Positions 26,340-39,894 of a DNA stretch of 64,000 bases are shown one piece after another. Position 1 is the first letter of the stretch. The number at the start of each line of letters is the position of its first letter. The notes under the pieces were generated by a model that was given only the letters and a program-made list of their open reading frames with translations, had not been told where the DNA came from and made no database searches. This DNA comes from Rhina ancylostomus (lineage: Eukaryota), in NCBI GenBank assembly GCA_030265395.1, contig JARFYF010000012.1, forward strand, positions 31,083,323 to 31,147,322. The letters are read 5' to 3'. Made by a program: the position numbers and the translations under genes.

Positions 26340-27760
26340 GTGGTCTAGCAATAGTGGATGCATTGGTTGTAATCTTCCAACAATCCTTAGGTTCTGGAGA
26401 GTTACTAGATGATTGGAAAACTGCCAACATGTTACCCTTATTTGGAAAGAGTGGGAGGCAAAAAACTAACTAGACACAGGTCAATCTAACATTTATTATT
26501 GGAAATACATTTGAATCAGTCAATAAGGAGGTAATAGCAAAACGTTTTTGCAAAGTCATAATTTGATTCTCCAGAGTCGACGTGGTTCATCGTGGGGAAA
26601 CAAAGTTGGACAAATCTGAAGAAGTATCAGCCAGAATGATTAGAGGAGAATCAGTTTACACTTATCATTCAAAAGTGTTCAACAATATGCCACACAAAAG
26701 GTTACCTTACAAGATAAGAGTTCATGGTGTAGGATGTAATATATTGGTACAGATAGAGGATTGGCTAACTAGCAGGAAGCACGAGCAGGGATTAGGGGAA
26801 TATTTTCAGGTTGGCAACCTGTACCTGGTGGGGTGCCACAGGAATCTGTGCTTTACTGCAGTTATTTAGAATATATATTAGACGAGGTAAGCAAGTATGA
26901 TGCACTCATATTTGTTGATCATATAAATGTTGGAAGGCAGGCAAGCTATGAGGAAAATACAAATGGTTTACAGAGAGCCATTGATGGATTAAGTGAGTGA
27001 GCAAAAAATTGACAAATTGAGTATAATTTTGGAAAATGTGAAGTTATTCAGTTTGGAAGGGAGAATGATAAAACAGATTTATTTAAATGGAGAAAAACTG
27101 CAGGCAGCTACAACAAAGGGATTTGGGGGTCCTCATACATGAGTCATCATGAAGACCAATGCAATGCTGGTGTTTATTTCAAGGGGGTTGTCATATAAAT
27201 GTAGGAAATTCATATTATAACTGTACAAAGACTTAGAACACACCATATGTTCTATGCACAATCTGATCCCCTAATTTAAGGAGGCAATTCAGAGAATGTT
27301 AACTAGGATTATCCAGGATATGGAGGGACTGCCCTGTGGGGAGGGGTTGAACAGGTTGGGTCTGTACTCATTGTAATTCAAAAGAATGAAAAATGAGCTT
27401 ATTGAAATATGTAAGATTTTTAGGGGGCTTGATAGGATAAGTGCTAAAGGGGATATTTCCCTGCATGGAGTCTAGGACCAGAGGATATTGCCTCAGAATA
27501 AGAGGATGCCCATTAAAAAATGAGGTGAGAAGAAAATTCTTCTCTCAAAAGACTTGAGTGTCTTTTGGAATTCTTTGTGTCAGAAAGTGGCGGAGGCTGA
27601 ATATTTGAAAACATTAAGCTGTGGTAGTATTATGGAGATTGGCTGGAAAAGTGGACTTGANNNNNNNTGCATCAGCCTTGATCATATTGAATGGCAGAGC
27701 AGCTGTGAGGGACCAAATGGCCTACTTACGATCCTGTTTCCGATGATCTTATGGTCTTAA
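26340..27760 (+). mobile_element. Decayed CR1 LINE ORF2 and tail
   Basis: DWKTAN, KVFNNMPHKRL.YKIRVHGV, IEDWL, GVPQ and WNSL; tail atcagccttgatcatattgaatggcagagca. Confidence 0.85.
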
Positions 27761-30700
27761 AAGCCAAAAACACACACTTACACTTAACTTTTTGTTTAGT
27801 GATTTTTGGCTACATTCAGGTGAATGGGACCTACTGAATCTGTCATCTCTAGTTGACCTGAAGATGAGAGGGCAAGATGCAAAATGTATCAAACACCTCT
27901 GCTTAGGTCATTATGGAATATCCATTGACTTGATGGTAAATCCAGGGAAAAGACTGAAAGGCTTAGGGAGCCATATGGTCTCATCTTGCTTCTACCTCTT
28001 TCATGCTTTTGTAATAACCATCTTAAGTCTAAGTCCATATCCTTCACATTCAGCAGCATTTTCATCAATATCCAGGGATCAACATTGAACAGGAACTTTG
28101 TAGACAACATGTAATAATTTCTGTCTGAGAAATGTACTGGAGTTCTTTGAAGAAATGGCTAAATTAGAGAATAAATGGTATGAAATGTATATAGTTTACA
28201 TGAATATTTCAGGTAATTTTGAGCAAGTTTCATCTGAGCTTTCTGAAAGACTCTGAAGCTCATATTAACAGCATAGTAACAAATTTCTTTTATAATTATG
28301 AAGATGATAACTAACAGCAACTAATAGTCTAAGTGATGTGCTGGACCTCACTGGCAAATGCCAGTTTATCCGAAAAGAATTNNNNNNNNNNCCAGACGTT
28401 TTGTGTATGCCTTGTCAAGTATGGACCACCTGAACTTGCTGAATGACAGATGGTGCTGCATCTGTCTACGTGTTCTGTCCATGGACTCCATGGGGAATTG
28501 GCTCTCACGTGCTAGAACAGGACCCCATTTCATTTGGGGTTGTAATGCTGTGAATATCAAAGCTAAAAGAATTTAATTTTATCAATTGCTTAAAGTTATA
28601 TTAATGTTTTTATTTATGCTTTTATGTTTCTTTACCTTTTCAAAGACAGTAATTTTTAAAAATTGTTTACTTCAATTTTAATGTGTGCCAGAAATGTCTA
28701 AAAGATAATGAAAGATCCCTCAGCTTTGAAAGCCTGCAAGACTGGGGATAAGGCTTTTTGCTCAATGGCTTATCAAAAGTTCTTTTGTTGCTCTCCAGGA
28801 GTCTTGAGCAAGTAAGATTTTTGCCTTTACATCCAGACTAAGTTTAAAAAAAACAATATTGGGGGACTGCAAGGAATGATTCCAGGCAACAGATGTAGGT
28901 CAACTAGTGTTGGTGTGATGTATCTTGTCTTAAGTTGTTCTGTATTTTTTGTAATCAGTTGTACAACACAGCAAGCTATTCCAATAGTAGATTAAAAACA
29001 CTGATAAACATAAAATTTTCCCTCTGGTGACTTGCTAATAATTAGTGAAAGACTCCTGATATTTTTTTCTATGTAGTACACAAGGATTGGAGATGATGCA
29101 TTATTTTGAGGACTTGTAGACATTAAGCTAAAATGGAAGTAGCTGTTCACAGTAAGGAGAAGTACTGGATGGTGGTGCCAGTTAATAGATTTTCCTTCCG
29201 CATTGTCAGTGTCAGGTACTCGTCAATTTGATATGATAAGGGTTAACTGCAGGGTAAAATTTGTTCAACTTTATCCCTTCAATTATAACCTTCGAAATGA
29301 ACTCCCTGCTGCACCAGTACAAATTGTAGGCTAATGATTCTTAACTAGGTTGAAAATCCCCAAACTAATTTTGTGCAGACTTTCAGTAGACACAAGAGAG
29401 AAGTCATTTCTTGCTACTTTCCAACAGAAAGATCACTGGATTTTAGGATTCATGGGAGTATTTCCATCAGGGTTCTCCACAAGTCTGCCATAAGACCAGC
29501 AGAAGCCACAGGAATATGGCAATTTACAGTGGCAATCAAAGGAGGTTTGCAGAAACCTATCTCTGATATTTTATGCATTCAAAAATTAAGTCCATTTTAA
29601 TATCAATAAAGGAACATTGACATGAATATGCAATCAAAATAATTAAGTGCTTTGATAACGCAGATTGAGAGAAAATGATTCATTGACAGGAGTGTTAGTA
29701 ACAGTCCACATGGATTAAAATGAATTCACAAAATGAAACTGCAGAAATATAAGTAGAATTATTTCATTTATTAACATGTTATGACCTGAATGCACTCAGT
29801 GGAAAGTTTCACAAGTGTCATTCAACAAATATGGTCTCCATCTATGGTGTATGGTTTTGCAGTTATGAAATGCATGTAGGTATTAATAGATAAAGGATAT
29901 TTTCAGTAGTCTCCAAACAACAGACTTTTGGCAGATCAGTATACCAAATCAATTTTCTTCTGGATATGTCAGCACTATGATATTGTAAGTGTACTTCAGG
30001 TGAAGCAAAATAAATCATTTCCATATTTGTTTTGCATCACTCTGAAAATTTGACTCAATTTTCCTTCCGCTTGCACATTGAATACGATCTTTGTGTCAAG
30101 TGTGCGCAAATGATATCAGTCCCCATGTAATATTCTACCAACTGAAATAGCATGGTGCAGTCTAGGGCACTATTAGGGTAAGTGTATTGCTTATCTTCTA
30201 CCCTTTGGGGCCCATGTTCCCAGGTCCTGAATAATTACGACATTGACTTTCACTCCTCAATCTTTCACTGACAATACTCACAGTGGCCCTGGGTTTTATG
30301 ATTTTTGATCCTCCAGCCCTCTCATGCTTAGTCATTAGAGGCCCTGAACCGAACCCACCAACCTCCTCCTCCCAGGAGGTCCAAGTGAGACCATCCAACT
30401 GCAGAACCTCCCTCCCATTTTGAACTTGGCCTTGGTTCAGGCGAGAGCACCCTGCAGCCCTCTTGGACTCCACTGAAGTTTGCAGCGACAAAACAATCAC
30501 AAGCCCACCACAGAACAACCATTCTACATGCCCATAGCAGCAGACGACAATTTCTCGTGATCAGTCCGTATTCTCGTGATCAGTCAACTTTTCATTCTCA
30601 CTAAGTGAGAAATATTAATGTTGAGATGAGCACATTTCTGTCTTTCAGTATCAGAAGTTAGCATGCTCTAGTCAAATATACCGAAGATAAAACTTCTTTG

Positions 30701-31694
30701 ACTCCAGATGAAAATGACCCCAATCCCTCTGCCAAAGAACACCTGTTCCTGCACCACATTGCCAGACTCACCACCGGAAACTGCCAGTTTGTGGAAGAGT
30801 TGGAAAAAAGCTTTGAGTCCAGGTAACAAGTTGAGGTTCTGTCACAGGCATTTTTACAGCTAATGGAAAAAAAGGTAAGTTATTTTCTCTATCAGACAGG
30901 GCTGCATTGGAACCCTGGCCCCTAACATTAAAAAAAAATCAAAGATCTGATCTTTGTTATATGACCATAATATGGTCTGTTAGGATCATATAGCACGTGG
31001 TTAATGACCATTGAAGCCATTTGTTATATAGCACATAAAACTATTCTTGGGAGATGCACTTTTGGCTGTATAACACTTCTGAGGCAAAGTGCCAGAGTAT
31101 CACAGCTAATGTGACTTGAGCGATGAATATTCGGGAATCTACTGAAAATATTTTTCTCCTTGCCTCACTTTGTCAGAAAAATGAACAAGGCAAAGTGACT
31201 GGGAGTGACTCCAAATGGAGAAGTAGGCTGGTGGGGGTTGATGTTGATCAGGCTTTATTTATTTCAAGTATGACTGAATGATGACTTTTACAAGGTGAAA
31301 GAAAACTTCATGAAGTATTTCTGCATTTGAAGCAACTGGGTAACTCAGAGTAAGTCTATCTTTTCCAATTTCTGTCATGTTTATCTAAATGCGGAGCTGC
31401 CGCTTAGCATTTTTGTATTTGTAATTCTGACAGAAGTTTTCTTCTGATCAAAGCAAATCTCCTGCATGCTTTGAGTTGCTCAACCACGTTGCTGTCTGCA
31501 TACATCTCTCTAATTAACCCAGCTATTTATCTCTATAACTTGCTCTGCTGACTGTCCCTCCAACACACTCTTAGCTTATTCTGCCATTCCTTTCTCTAAT
31601 GTCATCCTGCCTATCTTCTTTGCCCTGCCCATTTCCCTCACCCACCTGTTACTTCATCTCACTGACTTATTTTGCTGTCCATCTCTCTCAAAGG

Positions 31695-32610
31695 GCATAA
31701 GAAGTAGGAATATTATTAGGCCATGTGGACTTCTGAGCCTGTTGCACCATTCAATAATATCGTAGTGTGTTGCATCTTAATCTACTTTCCTGCTTCATTA
31801 TCTTGAATGCTACCCCCAAGTCCAAAAATCAATCTTAGCCTTGAATATTTTAATGACACAGCCTCTACTGTGTTCTCTGGTAGAGATTTCCAAAATTTTG
31901 CAACTCACTTAAGGAGATTCCTCCTCTTCTCTATCTTAAATGGGTGATGCCTCATTAAGAAACTATGCCCCTCTACCACCCCCCCCCCCAAAAAAGTTCT
32001 GGATGCCNNNNNNNNNNNNNTTTGGCATCTGCTCTGTTAAGTACCTTCAGAACCCCGTATGTTTCAATAACATCTTCTGTCATTCTTATAATTTCCAATG
32101 AGTATAGCCTGACCCTGCTTGTTCTTCATATCTCTTTCATCTGCATTCTTTCTGCAGTGCCACTAAAGCATGTATATCCCTCCTTAAATAAGGAGAGCAA
32201 AACTATACGTAGTATTCCAGGTGTGGTCTCGCCCACACTCTGTACAGTTTTAGCAAGGCTTTTGCACTTTAATATTCCTTCCCCTTTACAGTATTCCATC
32301 TGTTGAAATGTTTCATTCCATGCAACATTCCATCATTCCATTTGATTTCCTAATTACTTGCTGTGCATGCTTGCAGACTTTGTGTTTCATGTGACGACAC
32401 CTAGATCACTCTGTACAACAACATTTTGTAGTCTGTCTCTATTTAACAATGTTCTGCTCTTCCATTACTACTAAATGGATATGCTCGAATTTCACCATTT
32501 AATACTCCTGTCAAATTTTTGCCCATTCACTCAAGCTACCTATATCCCTTTACAGATTCTTTACCTCCTCCCAACGGGCTTTCCCATTGATCTTTTGTAT
32601 CAATAATGAG
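31695..32610 (-). mobile_element. Decayed CR1 LINE 3' fragment
   Basis: Reverse tail cataagaagtagga...ccattcaata; agtattccaggtgtggtctc reads RPHLEY on the minus strand. Confidence 0.8.
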
Positions 32611-32934
32611 TGAGTGTCACTGTTTGAAAATAAGTAGTTGGCCATTTCAGGCATCTTTTTCTCTGTGTCTTCTGTATTTGGAACACTGTTTTATCAAAGA
32701 AAGGTGGAACCAGACTATTTTTAAGGCAGAGGTAGATGGGTACTTCCTAAGCTGCTTATAATCATATCAGCATAATATTCGTGCCAGTTAGTTTAACTTC
32801 AGAGGTGGGCAAATTCTAAGGCCTAGTGTAAACCTTTGAAAAGGCACAGATTAACATGGACAGGGGTATCTATAGGGACTGTACCTGGGGTGTGGGACAC
32901 ACAGACTGGACTGGGTGTACCCAGGGTGTTTAGG

Positions 32935-33290
32935 AGGCGAAGGATGACCTTACAGAGGTTTATAAAATCATTAGAGGCATAGGTAATGTGGATGATCGCA
33001 AACTTCCTCAGGGTGGGGGAGTCTAAAGCTAGAGGGCGTGGGTTTAAGGTGAGAGCGGGAAGATTTAAAGGGGACCTGAGGGGTCAGTTTTTCACCCAGA
33101 GGGTGGTGGGTTTGTGGAATGAGCTGCTGGAGAAGGTGTTAGAAGGGGAAACGATAAAAACATTTGAAAGCCATTTGGAGAAGTACATAAGGGATATGGG
33201 CCACACACAGGCAAATGGAAATAGTTCAGACAGGCACTTCAGTCAGCATGGATGAGTTGGGCTGAAGGACCTGTTTCTGTGCTGGGCACC
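32935..33290 (+). mobile_element. CR1 LINE 3' end
   Basis: DLTEVYKIIRG, RGRGFKV...FFTQRVVGLWNEL; tail gggctgaaggacctgtttctgtgctg. Confidence 0.9.
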
Positions 33291-36200
33291 TTTCTCTGGA
33301 TCTATTAAACACAGGAGAAGACGGAAGGGCTGTGTGGCTTAATCTTGCTCCTCACTTACCTTTTCATCTTNNNNNNNNNNNNNNNNNNNNNNNNNNNNNN
33401 NNNNNNNNNNNNNNNNNNNNNNNNNNNNNNNNNNNNNNNNNNNNNNNNNNNNNNNNNNNNNNNNNNNNNNNNNNNNNNNNNNNNNNNNNNNNNNNNNNNN
33501 NNNNNNNNNNNNNNNNNNNNNNNNNNNNNNNNNNNNNNNNNNNNNNNNNNNNNNNNNNNNNNNNNNNNNNNNNNNNNNNNNNNNNNNNNNNNNNNNNNNN
33601 NNNNNNNNNNNNNNNNNNNNNNNNNNNNNNNNNNNNNNNNNNNNNNNNNNNNNNNNNNNNNNNNNNNNNNNNNNNNNNNNNNNNGTCTCCTCCATCACTC
33701 TGACTCATTAATCATCTCAAGACCCAACTCTCTGATCACCCTGACCCTGGCTGGCTGACTGGCTTCTAGCTCTGCCTCCTCCATCTCCTGTGACCCAGTC
33801 AAGCTTCTGAATGCAGCATCCCCACTTTAGACCAAGAGTGATGCAGAACCCAACCCAACTCAACCCCAAGTACTGCAGCGTAGCAGTCCTTTGACTGCTG
33901 GCCCTTTCTCCCACCCCAGATCTCCTGAACCTGAGTCTGCCCCAGATGTTGCATTTCCTGCGCATGGTCCAAAGTGCAGGAAGTGTTGCAACAGTTCAGT
34001 TGTGCGCAAAGCCACTGATGTTCGCCACAGCAGTCATGTGACTGAAACTACTTGTTGGCCTGCCACACAACGACCTTTAATTGTATGCTACAATTTCTAG
34101 GGCAGTGTGCTGAAGCAGAAGTTGTAAATATAACATGGGAAATTGAGTGAGACTTAATGTAGGACAGGTTATATTTGCACAAATTGAACTGCAGCTTGAG
34201 TTACTTTGATTTTAAAGCATTTTTAACATATTTCAATCTCTGTATCATATTCTGTTTATTTGCTTGAAAATAGCCAATATTGAAGTCTTCAGGAAATTAG
34301 AGGCCTCTTCTTCTAATGTGAATTTTTGGAATAGTGAGGCAGTGAAAATAGTCATATTTTACATAAGAGCATAAACATACCCTATTTCTTTAAATTTGTG
34401 TTTTGTGCTGCTTTTTTGATTCCAGGGAGAAACTGGCATCTACATATGTTGGACGTCAATGTGATGCTGTTTCCTCTTGTTTGTGTGCAGTGCTCCAGCA
34501 CACAAACGTGAAGCAATGACTAAAATAGCTGTATTACTAATTTTAATAGCAATATTAATTTGATAGAATAGAATGGCACAGATTTTAGCAGTATATCGTA
34601 TCAGCAAAACCAATCCCCAGGGGATTGAAGCAAGTTGATTGAACCAAGTAGATGCAGAAATCTGAAGTAAAATTCAGGCTCATAGTTTGTGGTATAATTT
34701 AATGATTGATATAACTTCAATGTATTAATATTTCTAGTTCTCAATCTGAACTTGTTTTTTGTATTTCAAACCTAATCTTGCTGTTCTCCTTGAAGCAGTG
34801 TGTTTATGTTGGGTGACTGAACAATAAATAATACATGAATAAAACCAAAGTTTGTTTGCCTAATATGAAGGGATCATTTTGACAGATTTGGGAAAGTTAT
34901 TATCTTTGGTCCAAATATGCACGGATTTGGCACCTACCCCAAGTCACCATCAAGAGGCTGTTTTCAGATTTGGCATTATTTTATTTTAACTGTCAAACTG
35001 TGAACACTGAGCAGATGTCTGGCTGTACTAAGTTCTATATACACCTCAAGTATACGCTCACCCCAAATACTTCCCGGTCCTGTATTAGATACATAATTAA
35101 CTTTAAGGACTATTATGATGACAGCCTAGTACCTGGTACAAGTTAGCTTGGCATGTATGGCAAGGCTGCTTGTTTGCACATGGAAATTGCAATTGGGGCT
35201 CTACAGCTGTCAAAGGATGTTAGTTAGTATACTTTGTTTAAACAACCCTTTGTATGTTTACAGGAAGGCTTGAGTGTAAATGTAAAAGGCAGCCTGAAAA
35301 TTTAAGAAGAGGTTGAGCAGAGCAATCAATATTTGACTGTTAAATGTCTGTCCAAAATCCCACCAATTTGGCTCAGCGAATTGCTCGCTGTTTTGTTTAG
35401 ATGAGAAAAGCATGCAAGCACCCATTGCCCTGAATTTTTAGTCTGAGTCTGAAAATTGTTGCTGAAGCTCTACTTCAGAATCTTGGTTGACAGTTTGCTG
35501 CAGTGCAGTGGGAGCATCACATAATTGGAGAGTACTGATTTTCAGATGAGTCATTAAAAAAAACCTGATGGTAAATATGATGTTCTCCGTCTTGGGGGNN
35601 NNNNNNNNNNNNNNNNNNNNNNNNNNNNNNNNNNNNNNNNNNNNNNNNNNNNNNNNNNNNNNNNNNNNNNNNNNNNNNNNNNNNNNNNNNNNNNNNNNTA
35701 CCCCCCCCCCCCCCCCCCCCAGAGGTGTTGTGAAGCTCTGATGCTACATCAGAAGCAAAGCAGAGGATCTCTGTCTGTTGATATTTATCATTCACAGCAT
35801 CATGAGATGAGCTCTTTATCTGACTGGGTAGGAACTTGCTTTGAATATATTGGCCACTCACTGGCAGTTACCAGATTTTAAAATACTAAGTGGCTTGGCT
35901 TGGGACTGAGTCTTGAGATATTGACAGGCACCGCATAAATGTGTTTTTTATCCTTTCACATCACTGTAAAATTCTGAACAATTTTAACCAGCGCCCATCA
36001 AGTGAATGCATAAAATGGTACCAAACCAATAACCACCATCAGAGAGGCCTCCCGCAGTAGGGAGCATACACAGCTCCCTGTTTCTGGAAGATGAATTCTT
36101 TCCGATTGAAGTTGGAATGTATTTTTGGATCAGCAGCGATACTGTGAACTTGTATTGCATCTGGGCTTGATGTACCTGATCTTCCAGTGACTGGCATTGA

Positions 36201-36904
36201 TACTGGCTACATAGGCAGTAAAGCAGATTGCTTCCCATGTTCCTGTAATTGCTTGAAGAGATTCACATAGAGAAAAAGTAACCATTCAACTCACCCAATG
36301 TTGTAATTTTTTAAAATCAGAGTTATAAATGCAGTTTCTTCTTTTCATCACCCCTACCCCTAATTCTGTCCCTGCTTCCAGACCAATTCAATCTTCTCTC
36401 CTACCTTATCCACACTTAAAATTTCCAATTGCAGTTCTGGACATGGGACCAGGGAGAGAATCATCTGAGACAATTTGACAAATTGCAATCATTCTTCAGT
36501 CCTTAATTTCAAGAAAGNNNNNNNNNNNNNNNNNNNNNNNNNNNNNNNNNNNNNNNNNNNNNNNNNNNNNNNNNNNNNNNNNNNNNNNNNNNNNNNNNNN
36601 NNNNNNNNNNNNNNNNNCAAGAAAGGTTTGCAATGGGGCATGCTTTTTGGTCTTGCTTTCCTGGGTGGTTTTTCTAAAATTCAGTAAGATCGCCAAGATA
36701 TTTGTGAAAACAAAATTGAAATGTACTTCATTTGGAACACCACATATACTGCCTTCCAAAAAGATTTTATTTTGGTAAAGCCAGAAAAATTGAAGTCGTT
36801 AACCTGCTTCATACTGGGAGATGAATCATCATTGACGTAATCATTAGAGTCAACTCCATTTTTGTATTATTGTGATTTATACTTGTACTGTTAATTAATT
36901 TTCA

Positions 36905-37700
36905 GGCTATGTATGTTGCTACCAAGGCCAGCATTTATTGCTCTTGAAAAAGTGGTGGTGAACTACCTTCCTGAAATGTTGCAGTCCATCTCGTGAAGGC
37001 ATTCCCGTGTTGTTGTTAGATTGGGAGTTCCAGGATTTAGACCCAGCAGTGATGAAGGTCCAGTGGTATATTTCTAATTCAGAAAGATGTGTAATTTGTA
37101 GAGGATTCTGCAGTTGGTGGTGTTTCCATGCACCTGCTTACTTTGTAATTCTTGGCGGTAGAGCTTGTGGATTTGAGAAGTGCTGATGGAGTAGCCTGGG
37201 CAAGTAACTGCAATGTATTTTGTAGATGTACGAGCTGCAGCATTGGTGCACTGGTGGAACAGATTATGAATGTTTAGGTAGTTGATGGGGTGCCAATTAA
37301 GCAGACTGCTTTATCCGAGGTGACGGCGTGCTTTTTGAGAGTTGCTTGCGTTGTACTCATCCAGGTAGGGTGTAGCACTACACTCCTGATTTGTGGTTTT
37401 TAGACACTGGAAAGGCCTTGGAGTATCAGGAGGTGAATCAGTTGTTGCAGGATACTCAACCTCTGAGCAGTCATGATATTTATGTGACTGGTTCAGTTGA
37501 ATTTTCAGTTAATAGTGGCCCCCAAAATATTGATAACAGGGGACCTGGTGATGATGCAACTGAATGTCATGGGTAGATGGTTGGACAACCTCTTGATGGA
37601 ATTGGCCATTCCCTGACACTTTTGTAGCATGAATTTTACTTGTCAATTGCCAGTCCCTGCTTGAATGTTGTTTAGATCTTGCTGCATGTAGGCATAGCAA
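36905..37700 (-). mobile_element. CR1/L2-group LINE 3' region (same family as 22830-24310)
   Basis: Colinear similarity with 22860-23720 (aaggccagcatttattgc, ccaggatttagacccagc, gtgtttccatgcacctgct). Confidence 0.8.
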
Positions 37701-37759
37701 TGGAAACAGTATTGTGATTGGTGCTAGAAATGCAGCTTGAAATGGATAAGACAATGGCT

Positions 37760-38410
37760 TTATGATTTTTTGTTATTGGGATTGGTGATGACTCTGCTAT
37801 GGGGACAGGAGCTAGAGATGGTATTGGGATTGTTACTGTTCTGGTACATTTACTGATACTATCTCTGCTATAGGGTTTGGTTCTCATGCTTGGAATTGTT
37901 GTTACACTGGTATGGGGATATGTGTTGTCTCTGTTATTAGCCACATTATAGCTTTTCAATGGGGATATGTATGAACACATTGGGTTTGTTGCTGATAATG
38001 TTTTGGGATTAGTGCTGATACTTGTTTTGGTATTGATGCTGGCAATTGTATTGAGGTTGTGAATCTATGTTATGATAGATAGGCATTGGGATTGATACTG
38101 ACGATAGTATTCGTATTGTTGCTGGAACTGATTTGACGGGCTCAGCACAGGTAAAGAAATTGATGCTGATATTGAAATTGCTGTTTGCACTGGTGTTTGG
38201 AATTGAGGCAGTTTCCAGGGATTGGGAATTGATGGCCAGTACTGAATTTTGAAAAAGTATTTTTGAATTTGTATTAGTGTTGAAAATGATATTGAAACTG
38301 ACCTGGAATTGGGTTTAGCATTAGTATTAGGATTGGGATTGATGCTGGTACTGAGACTGGTGCTGACACTAGCTTTGAGATTGTTGCTGGAAATTGGTTC
38401 AGTGTAGTTG
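37760..38410. repeat. Degenerate TG-rich hexamer-period low-complexity repeat
   Basis: Recurrent gggatt/gatgct/ggtatt/ggtact/gttgct units. Confidence 0.65.
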
Positions 38411-39576
38411 CCAGGAGTTGCAGTGTGTGATTTAGTACCCTGCTATAGTTGTCTCTGTGTGGGTTGCTACTCCAAAGATGAATGCCTTGAAATGTATAGA
38501 TTGTGGGGAAGTGTCTGAAAGAATGGTTCCTGAGTTTAGGGAGAGCTTTTGATGGTGTATTGTGGAATGCAGGGATGCAGCAGCTGCATCCTCCCAGAAG
38601 AGGAAGAAAACGGACAGTGAACCGTAATGGAAAGAGCAGTAGGATGTGACTGGAAGAGTTCATGGCATAATGTTAAACATGGAAGATGAAATCATTGCAT
38701 TGTGAAGGGGGAGTGTGAATGAAAGAGATAAGGTGATGGACAAGTGGAATTTAGCACAGCAAAAGATGTATTGTCAATGATTGTGCCCTAGTTTTTCAAT
38801 GTCCTACAAATAATATTAAATAAGAAGCCTGGAATGTCAGAAATCATGTTTTGTAGTTTTTTTAAAGATGAATTAATACCTTGTTCAAAACGTTATTTTG
38901 ATGTAAATGTGCATTTTTAGTGCTGAGAAATATATTTGCTCATATTTCAGATAATTCAAAAAGCTGAATTATTTGTGTATTGAATGAGCCTTTTTTGTTG
39001 AAGGTGCCTATTTCTTTGGGATTGGTTTAAGGGCTGACCTAGGGTGAACAAAATTGTAAATCCACCCTATAGTGGAGGGGTTTTACAGGTTTGATTGTTT
39101 AGGGAAGATTACTTTAGAACTTCTGGCAGATTATGGGCTGCAAGTGGGAAAAGTTGGACGTAAGAAAACATTATGAAGAGAATAAGTGGAGAAGCTTATT
39201 GTGAATTAACCAGTCTGCAAATTAGCTGCAAACTGTGACGCACAACCTGAACTACAATGTGATGTATTATAGAGCTTGCAGTACCAAATACTGGCTTCAG
39301 TAGTTCGAGTCGGTGTTGCAATGTGTGATAGTCCCCTTTGGAGCCACGCAATCTGAGCTCTTATCTGTAAGTGTTGGTAACCTGATCTACTTTAGAAGAT
39401 CTGAATGCCTTCATAGCTTGCATAAAGCATGATAAATATGTGTTTTTGTCAGAGTGTGATGCACTGATTCAGGCAGCTGCAGCTTGACAGCTAGCATAGT
39501 GTGTTGTCATTCTGCAAGCTTGAAGTACCTGTCTCTGGTTTTATGGTGACTTGCTGTGATTTGCCATGTGAACAGA

Positions 39577-39595
39577 ATGGATAATTCCTTCATAA
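39577..39595 (+). CDS. Candidate alternative first coding exon of PLCE1 (MDNSFI plus 1 nt)
   Basis: agaATGG (A at -3, G at +4), an in-frame upstream TGA at 39547, and a donor AA|GTGAGT at 39596 in phase 1, matching the acceptor phase at 62461. No transcript evidence is available. Confidence 0.35.
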
Positions 39596-39879
39596 GTGAG
39601 TTGCTGCATTTTTTTATTAAAAAACCTTCTATGGTGTTTGCAATCTGTCAAGCATTTTTGTAAAAAAAAACCTCAGCTTTTGGTCTTTAACGGAAATTGT
39701 GATTCAATGATTGACGAATTGTGATTTGAGTTTGCATTCTGTTGAACAGAAGTACTTGTGTGCCTAAACTACAATAAGGGTTCTACCAAATGTGTGACTC
39801 CTCTTCTAAAATTATCACTTTTATTTTTTCTCTCCTGTTACATGCACATTTAGTCTGTGCAGAAATTTTTTCTTTTCAG

Positions 39880-39894
39880 TTAGAAATTCACAAG
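39880..39894 (+). CDS. Candidate 15-nt symmetric phase-1 microexon of PLCE1
   Basis: ttttttcttttcAG|TTAGAAATTCACAAG|GTatgc. It is 15 nt, has no stop in the PLCE1 frame and adds (V/I)RNSQ before ERQ. Confidence 0.45.

Noticed and set aside
33332-33758. Long ORFs spanning N runs (also 48926-49767, 53907-54326, 35517-35861)
   Set aside because: They are open only because N codons contain no stops.
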